Assembly (NCBI GenBank): GCA_964270895.1
Contig: OZ185446.1
From: Podarcis filfolensis
Lineage: Eukaryota
Strand: one strand, 5' to 3'
DNA length: 64,000 nucleotides
The notes under the pieces were generated by a model. The model was not told the DNA's origin and ran no database searches. It saw only the letters and a program-made list of their open reading frames with translations. Below are positions 35,119 to 48,158 of the stretch, piece by piece (position 1 is the first letter of the stretch; every line of letters starts with the position of its first letter). The translations under genes and the position numbers were made by a program.

Positions 35119-36724
35119 CAGAAGAGACCATATTGACCCAGATAGTCCGACTCAGTGGAAAAGCAGCTCATCTCTTTTATGTAACTGCACATTAAATTTG
35201 CAGTAGCCCAGCAGGATTTAACAGCTGCACTGCTCAGTTTCTAAAACAGCCGTGAAGCATGAAGGTGTGGTGGGGAGCTGCTATTTTCAAGGAAAGCAAG
35301 CCTACCCCCCCACCCCGATCTTGTGGAACAACTTTCACTGGGTGTCGGGATCCTGGCCACCGACTCTCTCTTCTCAGCTAAAATGCTGCCCAACAAGTCT
35401 AGCAAATTATTCGACAAACACAGTCACAGGGTTAAGTACAGCCACGATATCCGTTCTAAGCTACTTCGTACCAAGTCTGGTTCCACAGACAAAGGCGAGA
35501 GAAGCCAACTTGGCCTAGGGATCCTGGTGTGGCTTCTCAAAGGCGCCATATGCAGAAGTTCGTGGCATTAGCAGGAAATGGACCCTCAAAAAGTTCACAG
35601 GAAGAGGTGGGGAAAAGTCATTACACAGATATCAAATATACTTTGCGCTACCGGTGCATGAAGGAGTAGAGTCTTACTGTGCACTTCCTTAAAATGTACT
35701 TTATCACATGGGGATACGAACTAGGGCTGAGACAGGCCAAAATTAAAACAACGCACTGCAAACCAATATAAAACCAATATATAAAACTCAACTTTTATAT
35801 CATCTCTCAATCAAACCTACTACCTCACAGGGTTGTTGTGAGGATAAAATATGGAGGTGGGAAAGGGGGAACCATTTATACTATTTTGAGCTCTTTGGAG
35901 GAAAGGTGGGATATAAATGTAATTTATTTTTTTTAAAAAAAAGAAAACTCCTATTTTGTTTCATTATGTGGAATTTCAGGAACAGGAACCTGGAGGCTCT
36001 GGTGATTTTGAGTGGAAAGTATGAATTTGTCCCTGTTTTGGTCCAGCACAAGAGATAACCCAGAAACTTCTGAAAGTACATTGGTGAAGTCTGTTTGAAC
36101 ATTACTAGGAGTGATGGAGATGGTCAAAGCTGCCTAAGTGATGAAGGAAGGAAGGAGTCCATGTGCTTTTGTCAGAGTCCTGGGTTCAAGGTTCTTGGGG
36201 TGAGAGCAGAGGCTCTCTTGTAGCAATGACAGTTCATAGCTAATCTGAACTGTACGTGGGATGTGCACCACTGGACTCAGATTGATGTGGCACCAAGAGG
36301 AGAAAAAGCTTGGGACTTTCCAAACAACTCATAATCACTGTAGAGAGAATATATGTTAGTGATTATAGTATGCTATAACTGACCATAAAAACTATAAATA
36401 TTCTATTTACAGTCCCCTAACTAGTTATAAGACAAAGCAGGCAACAAAATTCAAGTAACAGGAAATCACATTAGCAATGTAGGCAGATTGTTAACTAGCA
36501 AGCAGCCTCCATTGTATTACAATGTGAGAGACCTTCTCAGAAAGAGTCCAACAAGATCTTCAGACCTTTTTAGAAAAAAACCCAATGCAAAGGCAAAAGC
36601 ATACTTCATCAGTCCAAAGTCTACAAATTACTGAAAAGCAACAATCTAATTTGAGGCTAAGAGTTGTGTAGAATGCACAACTAACACCAGGCCCACAAAA
36701 TTCACGCTCCGTAGAACTGGAAGT

Positions 36725-36945
36725 TCACATCCAAACAATATATTTAGAGCATTCTTATACCATTTTAACTGTCATGGATTCCTCCAAATAATGTTGGGAA
36801 CTATAGTTTGCTAAGAGCGCTGGGAATTGTAGTTCTGGGAAGGTTCTCCTACTAACTCTCAGCACCTTTAACAAGTGCAGGTGCCAAGATTATTTGGGGA
36901 AAGTGTTAGAGCGGCGTAAGAGTGCTTTAAATGTGGTGTGGATGT
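36725..36945. mobile_element. Palindromic MITE (Harbinger-like?)
   Basis: Inverted ends cacatccaaacaatatatttagagca / tgctttaaatgtggtgtggatgtg; related copy at 47215-47420. Confidence 0.5.
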
Positions 36946-38538
36946 GATCCAAGTCTCGACTATCATCTCCTAAGCTACAGAAACTGCCTCTATCTTCTGA
37001 ACAGGAAAAAGAATTAATAGGCAAGCTCGAGGATGCTGTGGCGACTTCACCCCCAAGCACTCACTGCAATGTATGCAAAAGTCTACTGGAGGGTAGGGTA
37101 TGGGGAGGAATTAAGCCAATCCCGATTTCTTACACCCCAAATGCTGGGGTGCACACCCCTCCCCCAACCATGTTTCTAGGCATATGCTAAAAATGAATGG
37201 CAGGTGTATCAACCTTGGCTATATTGACTTGAATAAAAGATTCATTTCATGGCAAATTTAACTGAAGCACTTGAAGGCTGTAGCAGAGAAAAGTGATTGC
37301 TAAAAGACGACAAGGGGAAGAATTGAGCTTGAGCTTTCTGCCGGCAAGTGCCCACCCGGAGACTGCACCCAACAAAATGAGCTTGCCTGAAGCCAGGAGC
37401 AAAAAAGGCAGCTTTGCAGGAGCAGTACATGTGCTCCCCAAGTCCTTGTTGCAAACAAGACGCTCTTCTCCAATGACCAGAGAAGCACATTGCCAATGCG
37501 TGGAAAGCCTCTTCCAATTATCTGCTAACCGAGGCAACGTAGTTGGCCCCCGCCTCCCCATTTATCCAATACGGTGGGAGTTTGCAAAAGTCTGACTTTG
37601 TTTTCTACAGGAACGTGCTGCTATTGCCACTACAGACATCACTGGCAAACATCACGGCTGCTAGAGACGGCTAAGTCTACTGCAGAGCTTGCGCTCTACG
37701 CACTAGCATTTCTACAACTACTCCAAAGTGCACACAAAATATCGAATTATCCCTGGTCCCCCCTGCCACAAACTCACCAATGCAAATATCACCATCAAGC
37801 TTTGCAAGCACTTATACGTTATAAATGCTGCTTTGGTTATGGTGTGCTCTGTAGTCTTCAATCAGCTGGAGCCCAGACTATTCGTTGCCTGTACGGGCAC
37901 TGCATTGGAACCTGGTACACTTTATTTGTGTGCAGCTTTAGGAATACTACGTTATGTAATAAGCTATTTATTCCCATTCTCCTCCCCACCCTCCATAACC
38001 ATGGCAACTATATATATATAAAAAAGGCCTTTCATATTGCCATCATGAGCAATACATGGAGGCTACATTATGAGACAAGCCCATATGTGATATTGTTACC
38101 ATGGGAACACTTACCCACACACTAGCAGACAAAAGTACATGCTGCCAAATAAAGGAGGGGAGAAAGGGGGGAAGATTAAGACAATTATTTTCTCTTCAAT
38201 GGGAAAGAAAGCCCAATATATTCATTTTTTTAAAGCCCTCGAAGAGGACTTCAGGCATCGCGAAGGATAAAGAGAGAGGGGTCTGCCTACGTTGGCAACA
38301 CCCTTGACCCAGCTGAGCTGCTCTGGGTTCAGGTTTAGAAAGACGCTTGTTTGGTGACTCTTCTGAAGCAGTTTGCCCCGTAATTCTGAGGGGCGGCTCT
38401 CAAGAGAAGCGGCTCTTATTTATTAAGTGGCAAAGGTTTTCCAGCCGTTCTGAAAGCTTGCTCCAGCCAGTTTCTGAGGTACCTGGAAGGAGGTAGAATA
38501 TACCAAGGCACACAGAGAGGCACGGACACACGACCTAC

Positions 38539-38631
38539 CTTTGCTAGACTGGCTGTGAATAGCACACATTCAAAGAGTTCTCCCATCCTCTGGAGGAACT
38601 CGTCCACGTGTGGTCGCTTTAATACATAAAC
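38539..38631 (-). CDS. CTDSPL: CTDSPL exon 6 (93 nt): [31 protein letters not shown]
   Basis: ttccag|GTTTAT...GCAAAG|gtaggt. Conserved SCP core. Confidence 0.98.
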
Positions 38632-39195
38632 CTGGAAGGACGCAGGGAGGAGGGGAGGGTGGGAAAAGAAGAGAGGTTGAGACTCTGGTGGAAACACACT
38701 GCAGAGATTAAATCGGCAGAGAAGAGATGTTGATGGGCCCTATTATTACTTGCTGCACAAAAGGCGACAGGCAAAGCAAGCTTGCAAGGTGGGTAACTGG
38801 AGTAGAAAATTGACAGTGGCATGGAAAGCAAGGCAGCTGCGGTTGTTCCTTATTTTTCTCCATTTGCAAACAATCAGTTTTTAACGGAACCAAATAAAAG
38901 AGCTGTCTTTCTAAGCCAAGGGAACTGCAATACATCTGGGACATTTAGTGCTTTCAAGGAACATCTGCTTGAAACGGTGTTACATCTGCACACTGAAAAA
39001 TGAGCATCACAACAATACAGCACATGTTTCCCCCCCCATGTTTAATGTAACGTTGGATCCTTGATGGTGACGCAGATAAACATAGCAAAGTTGCCCTTGG
39101 TACCCAATATATCTGGTTGTTGGTCTTCTTGCTGTTAAAGAGTTGGGAGAAGACGCGTGGACTCGAACCTCTCAGCATCACCTTCACTGTGTTGT

Positions 39196-39280
39196 GGCTA
39201 CTTCCCAGTGCAAGTAATCAAGGATAGGCCATTTAGAATGCACACAGCCTATCCTGGATTACTTGAACCAGGTCACAGCC
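39196..39280 (-). ncRNA. MIR26A1: pre-miR-26a (miR-26a-1 type) in CTDSPL intron 5; mature 5p at 39246-39267, 3p arm at about 39207-39228
   Basis: Minus strand reads GGCTGTGACCTGG-TTCAAGTAATCCAGGATAGGCT-GTGTGCATTCTAAATGG-CCTATCCTTGATTACTTGCACT-GGGAAGTAGCC. This is the exact miR-26a-5p in a long stem, in the same intron and orientation as mammalian MIR26A1. Confidence 0.97.
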
Positions 39281-42027
39281 TCTTCTGGAAAGATCATTCA
39301 AGGAGCACTTCCCTTCTGGGAATGAAAGTCATCACATACTAAAGTCATGCACACAGCTTTCAAATGACATGTTCCTTGTTCTTCTTATTTCCCTCTCGCT
39401 ATTTTTGTGATACAAAACCCAGAATCCTTAGCTCAAAAAAAACTACTACTGTTAAAAACAAAGCCCCAAATCATTGGGACTTAAGCATAGCTATGTTGCT
39501 AGATGTTCTACATTTTGTTTGAGTTCTGTACCCCGATCATCCTGGACAGAGGATGGAGAATGACTTGTGTGTTTGAGAAAATGAAGCTCTCTCCAATCAT
39601 TATTTAGTGGTACAACGGTTTATATTGTGAAATGCAATTTAACTCATCACAAACACCCTTCAACTCAGAACTTCGTAACTGGGGGGGGAAAAAAACCTTT
39701 TCAAACAGCAGTGATTCTCTGCGCAAAGAAAGGAGGCCTTAGATGTTTCTTAAGACACATTTTAATGCACTCCTCAGTCCTTCTCCATGCTAATGTAGGT
39801 AGGCCTGCTGGGCCGCGACACAGCACTCTGAAGGCAGAAAGCAGTGCCAAGTGGTCATGGGACTGGAATAGAAATTTACTGAGCAACTGCAGAAGATGCT
39901 TTGTTATTCAGATGGGCAAATACTGTAGGCAGCACCTGCAAAACTGCTGAAGGATCACCCTGTCTGTAGTAGAGGACAATGTGGGATCGTGATCATCTTG
40001 TTCTCTTTTTTTGGGGGGGGGGTGGAGAAAATTGTCCCACTTATTAAATAACAAAAGCCTCTTGCTCTATGCTGGCAATTTACAGTTCTACCCCATAAGT
40101 TTACACTTCTTATCTTTGGAAAGAGCTACCTTGGCACGTGAGACTGGTTTGGCAGAGAGAACTGATAAATAAAGATTGGAATTTGTGGGTGGTAAGTGAC
40201 CTAGGTCCCATTACAACAACAAATATATATTAGTTTTAAATCTGTTTGACTGTCGTAGCTTGCCCCATACTATCATGGGAATGAAGGATCAGGTGGTTAA
40301 GAGAACTTCGGGTCTCCTCATAGAGCCACCATTCCCAGGGCCCCTTTGGATAAAAGAAAGAATGTTCCGCCCCTTTTAAGTCTGTAGCGAGAGAACTGGT
40401 TCCCTGCACTGCTTTGGGAGAAAGGGCAAATTTCATAAAATAATACAACTGACTAAATGAATGGTGTGGATACATATTGGAAAAACATTTTTATCCTGCT
40501 GAACAACAAAATGTGTTTATAAAATATAACAGTTTCCAATAAAACCAATTTAAACAAGAAAGTAACAAGAATGTAACAAGCAAGCCATTTTAGTGGAAGT
40601 TTTCCTCCTGGCTTTTCTCTGGGCAACACTTTCATAATAAAAAATTGTTCACGCCACACTGAATTTTGTTATTGACAACAAATACATTGCGACAGTAAAA
40701 CAAAAAGAAACAACTTCCAGCAGTGCTTGATTTGTAACATACAACACAACTACTTTAGAATATGATCATGGGACATCCAGAAAGAAGAAAACAGTGCAGC
40801 CATATAAGAACATGAATCATTCCCAAATAATTAGAAACGAGCCTCTTATATATGTACCTTAAGTATGTATACAAACTCAATGAGAGGGGCAAGCTTGCTT
40901 TTGCTGGGTAATCTCATTTATATTAGGTCTAATTGGAGACAAACACAGCCTTATATCCTCATCAACACAAAGAAGCCTTTCTATTTTCTGATATTTCATA
41001 TTTGTCAGAGTTGAAAATCCCTGTTCCATATCTATCCACATTCTGCTAATATTATATATATATATATATGCATGCATGCATGCTATACTACACTGAAATG
41101 TTGGTTTATTTGATTGTCTTTGAATCTTCTCACACTTGCCATCCTCTCCTGCCACACTCTTTGAGAACCATGGCCATACCTTAACTCATTCTATTTAGGT
41201 GGATACATTAGAGAAACCAGTTTTATCAACTAGATGGGGAAAAGGCAGAAGTTTTCTAGTCAAGTGAATCAGTTATGTGAACAAGTCTGTGTTCAAAGTT
41301 CTTAACGAGATCATGCAGCAACAATGTGCTCTGTGCGCGCGCAAACAATTTGTTACCGATTGGGCAATCTTTTCTTGCCTACCCTTTCACCTTGTGTAGA
41401 CACACACAAGATCCCCTTTCCTCTGCAATTCTAGTGATAACTTACATATTCTAGTTAACAGTTCAGCCATTTCAAATCCGAGTGCAAAGGCTTTCAAGTG
41501 AATGCCATCTGGCCCCAGTGACATGCTATTTTTAATGTGTCAATTAGTTCTCAAACTCCATCCTTTCATAACCTGACACCTTTCTTTAGATGCCCAACTG
41601 GTGGGAAAGAACTCCAGGGTGAATACATATCCATTCTTTTCTTTCAATTTGACAATGTTTTTCTTTACATAGGCATTCAATTATTGGCTTTTTAATGGAA
41701 CAGGAGAGGAAAATCACAACATGTAGCCACACACACACGTGAACACTTTATAAACTTATTTGATAATGGGTCCAGTTTCTATACACACTTTTACAATGTC
41801 CTCAATAATATGTATCGATGAGCATATTCTGGTGTCTTGTTAACACCGATACATAATAAAGAAACTCCGTTTCCAGTTCTCAAGCTGCCTCTCTTCTTTT
41901 ACTCTATATGTTACTCAAGTTGGAGCATTTATTTTTCTCCAGTTATAGTTGCAGTTAAAAGATGTTTCATCATTTCCTGGTCTTTCGAGACAACGAGATC
42001 TTTTATATGATTTTCTATCCTGACAGG

Positions 42028-42283
42028 ACAGCTAGGTACCTTGGTTTAAGAACAGCTTAGTTTATGAACAACTTGGATTAAGAATGCTGCAAACCCGGAA
42101 GTAGGTGTTTTGGTTTGTGAACTTTGCCTTGGAAGCAGAACATGTTTTGCTTCCTGTTGAGTGTGTTCCATTTGTAAATTGAGTCCCCCGCTGCTATGGG
42201 AAAACATGCCTTGCTTTAAGAACACTTTGGTTTAAGAACGGACTTCCGGAACAGATTAAGTTCGTATACCAAGGCACACTGTA
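42028..42283. mobile_element. Tigger-like MITE, decayed
   Basis: ggtaccttggtttaagaac start; ggacttccggaac...aaggcacactgta end shared with the 17903 family. Confidence 0.65.
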
Positions 42284-42490
42284 TTTCCTCCCCCTTCCAG
42301 AGTGCAGGTTTACTCTATGGGATCACTATGTGTCTCCTGATGATGGGAAAAGATTTCTGAAATTCTCAAAAGTAAAAGAGGGAAAGACAATGTCCCAGCA
42401 ATAGCTACCCACCCAGACATGAAAAGATGCATGGGAATACCAGCACACCCAAAACCAGCGAAATGGTGAATAGAAAACAGCAACGCTCAC

Positions 42491-42547
42491 CTGATGTATA
42501 GTTCCATCAATTTCAACGGGAACAATGAAATCTGCATTGCTAATTGG
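42491..42547 (-). CDS. CTDSPL: CTDSPL exon 5 (57 nt): PISNADFIVPVEIDGTIHQ
   Basis: ccccctag|CCAATTAGC...CATCAG|gtgagc. Peptide identical to the recalled human sequence. Confidence 0.97.
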
Positions 42548-44501
42548 CTAGGGGGGTAAAAGTGAAAATAAAATCAGTTTGAGAAAACATGAACAGTCTG
42601 TACTATCGTAAGCTCCCCGCACATGCTCCAGGGAAACATACTGGGAGTGACAGCACAGCTCCCGTCGAAGCCTGCAAAACCTTGACGACAACCGGCACAG
42701 AAAACTCCTTCGGAACAACTGCCAAAGAGCTGGAAAATTATCCTGTTCACATATTTACACACAAACCCAAATCTATTGCACAAACACATTTGCGCTTTCA
42801 GCTTTTGCAATATGGAAACAATGGGTATCGGAGGATGCTTTCATTCATGTGCTCACACGGGGGGGGGGGGGCGGCGCTTGCTTGGCTTCCACAAAGAGAG
42901 CCAGCAGGTAGAGCAGGCAGCAGATCTTCCTCTCAAGCAGGCCTGCTTTTGAGATAAGGGTTTCAGCCTGCTGCATGAAGGGGCAGGGTGGGAAACCTTC
43001 CCTTCGTCTGAGCAAAACTGAGAATGGCCCCCCCGCAGCAAGGATGGAAGAAGGCATCGTTTTCTCTTCCGCTTTGCATTCATGACATGCGGCGGCGTCC
43101 CCCTTCCGCTGCAGTTCACCTTCCACCAAAAACTAAGTTACTTGTCTGCTGCATGTAACTTATTACATAAATTATGATTCTTTATGCTGTTCTGCCCCAT
43201 TCATTTCAACGCAAAGGAAACAGAATGCAAACGGGGTTGTAGAACGTAATCATTTGTGGACTGAAAGTGAGAACAATGAACACTGATCTTATTCACTGGA
43301 TTGATTTCCATTCAGGACACAGCACGAAAAAAGCAAAAATGGTCATTTTTCACTCCTGCTTCCATTTTTGCTGGATTTCTCTGACATCTGTACTCACAGA
43401 TCAGTTAGTGGGGAAAGTAGCAGCCTTGGTTAATGTTGGTTAATAATGCAGAGGAAATGAGGGGACCTTGGTGATGCACTCTCTTTCCAAAAGGGGGAAA
43501 GAAGCAGAAAGTGCAGTCCTAACAACTAACACCACCAGGAGGGAAAAGAGGACTGCATCAGCTTTTCGTGCGCCATGTGTTAAGAAAATAAGTTGGCTTT
43601 CCCTTTACCAAGGACTCAGAACATGTTGCAGACATTTTGAAAGGAGGTGTGTCCATGTTTAATGGGCAAAGGCTATGCATTTTCAGGCCTGGTCTACATA
43701 TAGCAACAAAATTAGGTTTACTGCTCCACTTCAGATTGCATTTGGGAGAATCTCATTTTTGAATACTTTCCTACATTTTTTTAAAAAAAGTTCACCGCAA
43801 ATAAGACCCTAGCAGACGTGGGAGAAATTTATTCCACCATGTACCCTGCTGTGGGGAGTGTTTTGGTTTTTTTAAACATAGAGGAGCATTCGGAAGTGCT
43901 ATTCCCCCACCCAAATTCTGAGGTGGCAGCCTTTTTAAATGACTGTCAAAAATGTTATGCCAAGATGGCTTGCTCTCCCTAAAGCATGTCACATGACCTC
44001 TTGCTGGACGGCAACCATGCCGTTTATTGTAACACTGGTGACAAACTGTTGTTTACCTCATCTTCAAAGTATTAAAGCAAGGTACAAAAGAGACAGGCTG
44101 AATTTAGAGGATGTGAGATAATCGCACTAGCTCCTGGAAACAATGATTGGCTGCCAAGCCAAGGCGAAATTTATGGAGGCTGTTTTACTGAGCATACGTT
44201 TTTGTGGGCAACAGGCAACTTCAACATATGCATGAGGTGAAACGAACTAATAGGGTGGTCACTTTGTGCACACACACAAAGTCTGAGTCTAGGAGACGAT
44301 GAGAGAGTTAAGATGGGGACTGAGGGTATATAATCTATTTGCTGAAGTACATGCACAAAATAAAGCAGTTAGCATCATGAGTACTTAAACACAGTGCCTG
44401 TTCAAAATGGGAGGCTTAAATGAAAATCTAAATACTAGAACACACACCTATATCCATTTTTGAAACCCCCAGGGATTTGTTAATAGTTAAAGCCTCCATT
44501 A

Positions 44502-44856
44502 GGGACACAGGTGGTGCTGTGGGTTAAACCACAGAGCCTAGGACTTGCCGATCAGAAGGTTGGCGGTTTGAATCCCCGCGACGGGGTGAGCTCCCGTTGC
44601 TCGGTCCCTGCCTCTGCCAACCTAGCAGTTCGAGAGCACGTCAAAGTGCAAGTAGATAAATAGGTACCACTCTGGCGGGAAGGTAAACAGCGTTTCTGTG
44701 CGCTGCTCTGGTTCGCCAGAAGCGGCTTAGTCATGCTGGCCACACGACCCGGAAGATGTACGCCGGCTCCCTCAGCCAATAAAGTGAGATGAGCGCCGCA
44801 ACCCCAGAGTCGGTCACGACTGGACCTAATGGTCAGGGGTCCCTTTACCTTTACCT
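44502..44856 (+). mobile_element. Sauria SINE in intron 4 (gene-antisense), perfect 15-bp TSD ttaaagcctccatta
   Basis: TSD at 44487-44501 and 44857-44871. Confidence 0.95.
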
Positions 44857-45480
44857 TTAAAGCCTCCATTATGAAGCTTCTCATTCCGCTATCCTGCACA
44901 GCAGCCCTTTATCAGACAGAATATCTAGGAAACGAAGTCTTGGTGCCATCATAAAATGCCAGGTATGGCTGGCCGCTAGGTCAAGAGACAAAACATGGAT
45001 CAGGGGAAGCCTCGTTCCTATGCCAGCACTCCTGGAAATGGCTGCAGAGCCAGCCGAGGAACATTCAACTCTTCTCTGCCTTACAAAGGAATGCAGTGAT
45101 CCTTTACAGAAGTTTTCCCTCACTGAAAAGCCTACAGGCTTCACATGCGCATTCCCACTGGATTCTCATCACTTGGGAGCTCATTGTGTGAGGTGGCTTC
45201 ACTGAAAGGAACCAAGTTTTGCGGCTATATGGAAGCTCTCCCTCTGCCATGGTTATTCATACATCTAAATCATCACTAAATGCTGTAAGACATGTGCTCC
45301 CCTTTCCAAAACAGATGCATCCAGCACTGGATCCCAATGCTTAATATTTCAACCATTGTGGGGTGGGGGAGAGGTAGGAGTAGGTTCCATTGTAGGACTT
45401 GTGTGTGTTTCTTCAGACAGTTATGGCCTATAACATGCATCTACCAGCCTATCACAAAGGATACTATATAGCATACATAC

Positions 45481-45582
45481 CTTAAATGAACTGTGCACCA
45501 GTGTTTCATCTAGATCAATGACCACACATTTCTTTCCATAATCAGATATTGTCATTTCTGGCAGGAGGTATTTAGCTGGTGG
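45481..45582 (-). CDS. CTDSPL: CTDSPL exon 4 (102 nt): [34 protein letters not shown], includes catalytic DxDxT motif
   Basis: DLDET HAD/FCP1-SCP nucleophile motif. Acceptor ttccattcag, donor AAG|gtatgt. Confidence 0.98.
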
Positions 45583-45704
45583 CTGAATGGAAGACACAGG
45601 AAGACCAAGCACTGTTAGAAACATATCCTCAGAGAAGTTGTTACAGTAGTAATTAGCACTGATGAGTAACACGGACATATTGGGGGCAGTCGGTGGGAAA
45701 CACA

Positions 45705-45840
45705 AGTGAGGAGAGCGGTGTTGTGTTCAGGTTCTGTTTCTGGGCTTCCCATAGGCCTCTGGCTGGCCAATGTGACAAGAGGGTGCTGGACTAGTTGGGC
45801 CTTTGGCCTAATTCAACAGGGCTCTTCTTATGCATTTATG
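45705..45840 (+). mobile_element. CR1-type 3' tail
   Basis: ggtgctggactagttgggcc...cttcttatgcatttatg. Confidence 0.6.
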
Positions 45841-47214
45841 TGTTTGGGAAGTGCAGCAGATGGAAAACATTGATTTATGTAGTTAGTGTGTGGGTTTCAG
45901 TGTTGCTACAAAAAATCCTGTTCATAAACAATGAGAATGAAGAGAATCTCAATTCTGAAGGAGGATGAAATCTTCAGGAATACTCCTCGTAGAACACCAC
46001 CCATCACAATCTCTTCCACAACAACCAGTAGCTAAAGTTCGTAACAGACTAACAAGAATGCAATGAGAGAAACGATTCTTCATGAAACCTAGTGTAATCC
46101 CACTTTTAATCTTTTTTCTTAAGAAACCCAAAGCTGAGCTCCACAGTAAATCTCCCTATAGCTCAAGTGATTCTGCTACTCTGTGGTCAGAGTGTGATGG
46201 CCCCTCAATTCAAAATGGGACAGGAAAAGCACTGCCAAGGTATTGTAGTCTCACCGACGACCCATTATCCCATTGTTTGGCTTCTCTGTCCCTTTCTCTC
46301 TCTCTCACAAATACACAGTTGAAACATGGGACCCGGTGTGACAAAACCCTGCATGAACAGTCCTCTCCCAACTTCTCGGGATGTGTGTGTATGAGAGCCA
46401 GAGGCAACTGATGCTTTAAAGAGGTGAGCGGCAGCATGATCCCTCCTCCCTCTCTCTTGGCAATCGTTTTGCTGTTACTGCATCTTTCGACAGGAGCTTT
46501 GCCCACTCTTCCCCTCCCATGAAGTGATGATTTTTATGCTGATGAACAAATCCCACAGAAATCTGGTATGGCCAAATCAGATAGCATTTCCTCAACTAAC
46601 TGGAAGATGACAAACACTTCCCCCCCCTCCCTCACCCCCCAAACAAGCCAAGGTACTGAGTCCCTGCCAACCATAACTAACTCCCCTTAAGCACATGGAA
46701 AGTACCTGCACGGGTAGCAGATTAAGGCCTCCGATTGATAACAGACTAGAAACAGTCACACAAATGGCTGATTCATAACAGAATCAGATTTCAACCAGTA
46801 TGTACATAATATTTATCTACACTGTAAGGCCCTCATTGCCTGGTGGCCACCAAGTGTTTGCAAATGTACTTTGGACATGAACAGCCTTTTGTTCTGGCGG
46901 TCACTGCAATGGAACACACAACACAATAAAAGCCAGGCCGCTGAATAAGGCTATTGCGGAACTGCAAGGGGTGGCTTATCTTTTGACGGGTGTTTATTGT
47001 AAGTCTCTGTGTGTAGCCAGATAGCTGAAAATGGAGATCCTTTTATTGTGCTGCAACAACAGGGCTGCTGGTAGTGGGATTTCTACTATGAACCTGTAAA
47101 CTGATCAGAAATGTGAGGTAGTTGGGATGTGGTAGGAATTTGAAACATAGCTGGTCGCTATAGGCAGCTTTGGCTGCATGCTGCTGTGGGATGAGCAATT
47201 TCCTATAGCCACCA

Positions 47215-47420
47215 AGGTCACATTCACACCATGCATTTAAAGCATGCTTATACCACTTTAATAGCCAAGGCTTCACCTGAAGAATCGTGGGAAATGTAGT
47301 TTGTTAAGGGTGCTGAGGGATGTCAGGAGACCCCTCTCACAGAGCTACAACTCCCAGCACTCTTAATGAACTACCGTTCCTAGGATTCTTTGAGACAAGT
47401 CATGACTGTTAAAGTGATAT
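47215..47420. mobile_element. Palindromic MITE (Harbinger-like?)
   Basis: Internal inverted arms gggaaatgtagtttgttaagggtgctg / cagcactcttaatgaactaccgttcc. Confidence 0.55.
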
Positions 47421-48125
47421 AAGCAGTACTTTTTGGGTTAAAAGAAAGAGGTGCCAGTATTGTGATAAAAGTGCTGTGGGTGCCAGCACAATTTGGCAGC
47501 CATGGGCAGAAAAAATAGAGGTGAAGGTACTTGACACAGGTGATAAAAATTCACTGGATAGAAGGGTGCTTAAATCTATGGTGCAATCCTAAAGCCCACT
47601 GGGAAATGGATTAAAGGAACACCAAGAATGTGGAACAATTCTCTTCTGGTCCAATAAGGCTAAGGTAGTTATGGGCACTTATCACTCTAGAAAAAACACC
47701 CATGTCTGATCAAAATAAAAAAAGAAGCTGAAATTTCCTTTACGCTTGGCCATGAGGGAGGCCTGTACACAGTGCTAGAAATTGGACATCCATTATATTT
47801 TGTTACCTTGTGGGTTAATTGATGCTGTTTGTTGTGCAATAACCATTTTTTTTAAAGTGTGTAATGACAAAGGTTTAGTGAATGGGTCAAGACAGATTGA
47901 AGACCTTTATATGTTTCATTTGGTTCCCATTAATATGATTTGTATTCATCAGCTACTGGTACTTCATCCTCTTAAGATCTTATTAGTTAGTATAAAAGAA
48001 AGGTCCTACAGCATGCAACAAAAAAACCCACATCAATCTAGACTCAACACAAGAGATAAATGATTAAACCAACCCCAAATTAAGAAAATTCAAAAATAGA
48101 AAAGAAAAAGAATAAAAATACATAC

Positions 48126-48158
48126 ACTTGGTATGGGAATGACCTGCATCTGGTCACC
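48126..48158 (-). CDS. CTDSPL: CTDSPL exon 3 (33-nt cassette exon): GDQMQVIPIPS
   Basis: Read by hand (too short for the ORF track): ttttttctcctttccccttcag|GGTGACCAGATGCAGGTCATTCCCATACCAAGT|gtatgt. Human equivalent is GDQRQVIPIPS. Confidence 0.95.

Noticed and set aside
37574-38125. 183-aa + strand ORF antisense within intron 6
   Set aside because: Near-cognate start, no domain or codon-like signal; consistent with chance.
39196-39280. Antisense 'mirror' miRNA from the + strand of the miR-26a hairpin
   Set aside because: Self-complementarity makes any hairpin look similar on both strands, G-U pairs become mismatches, and there is no evidence of + strand transcription.
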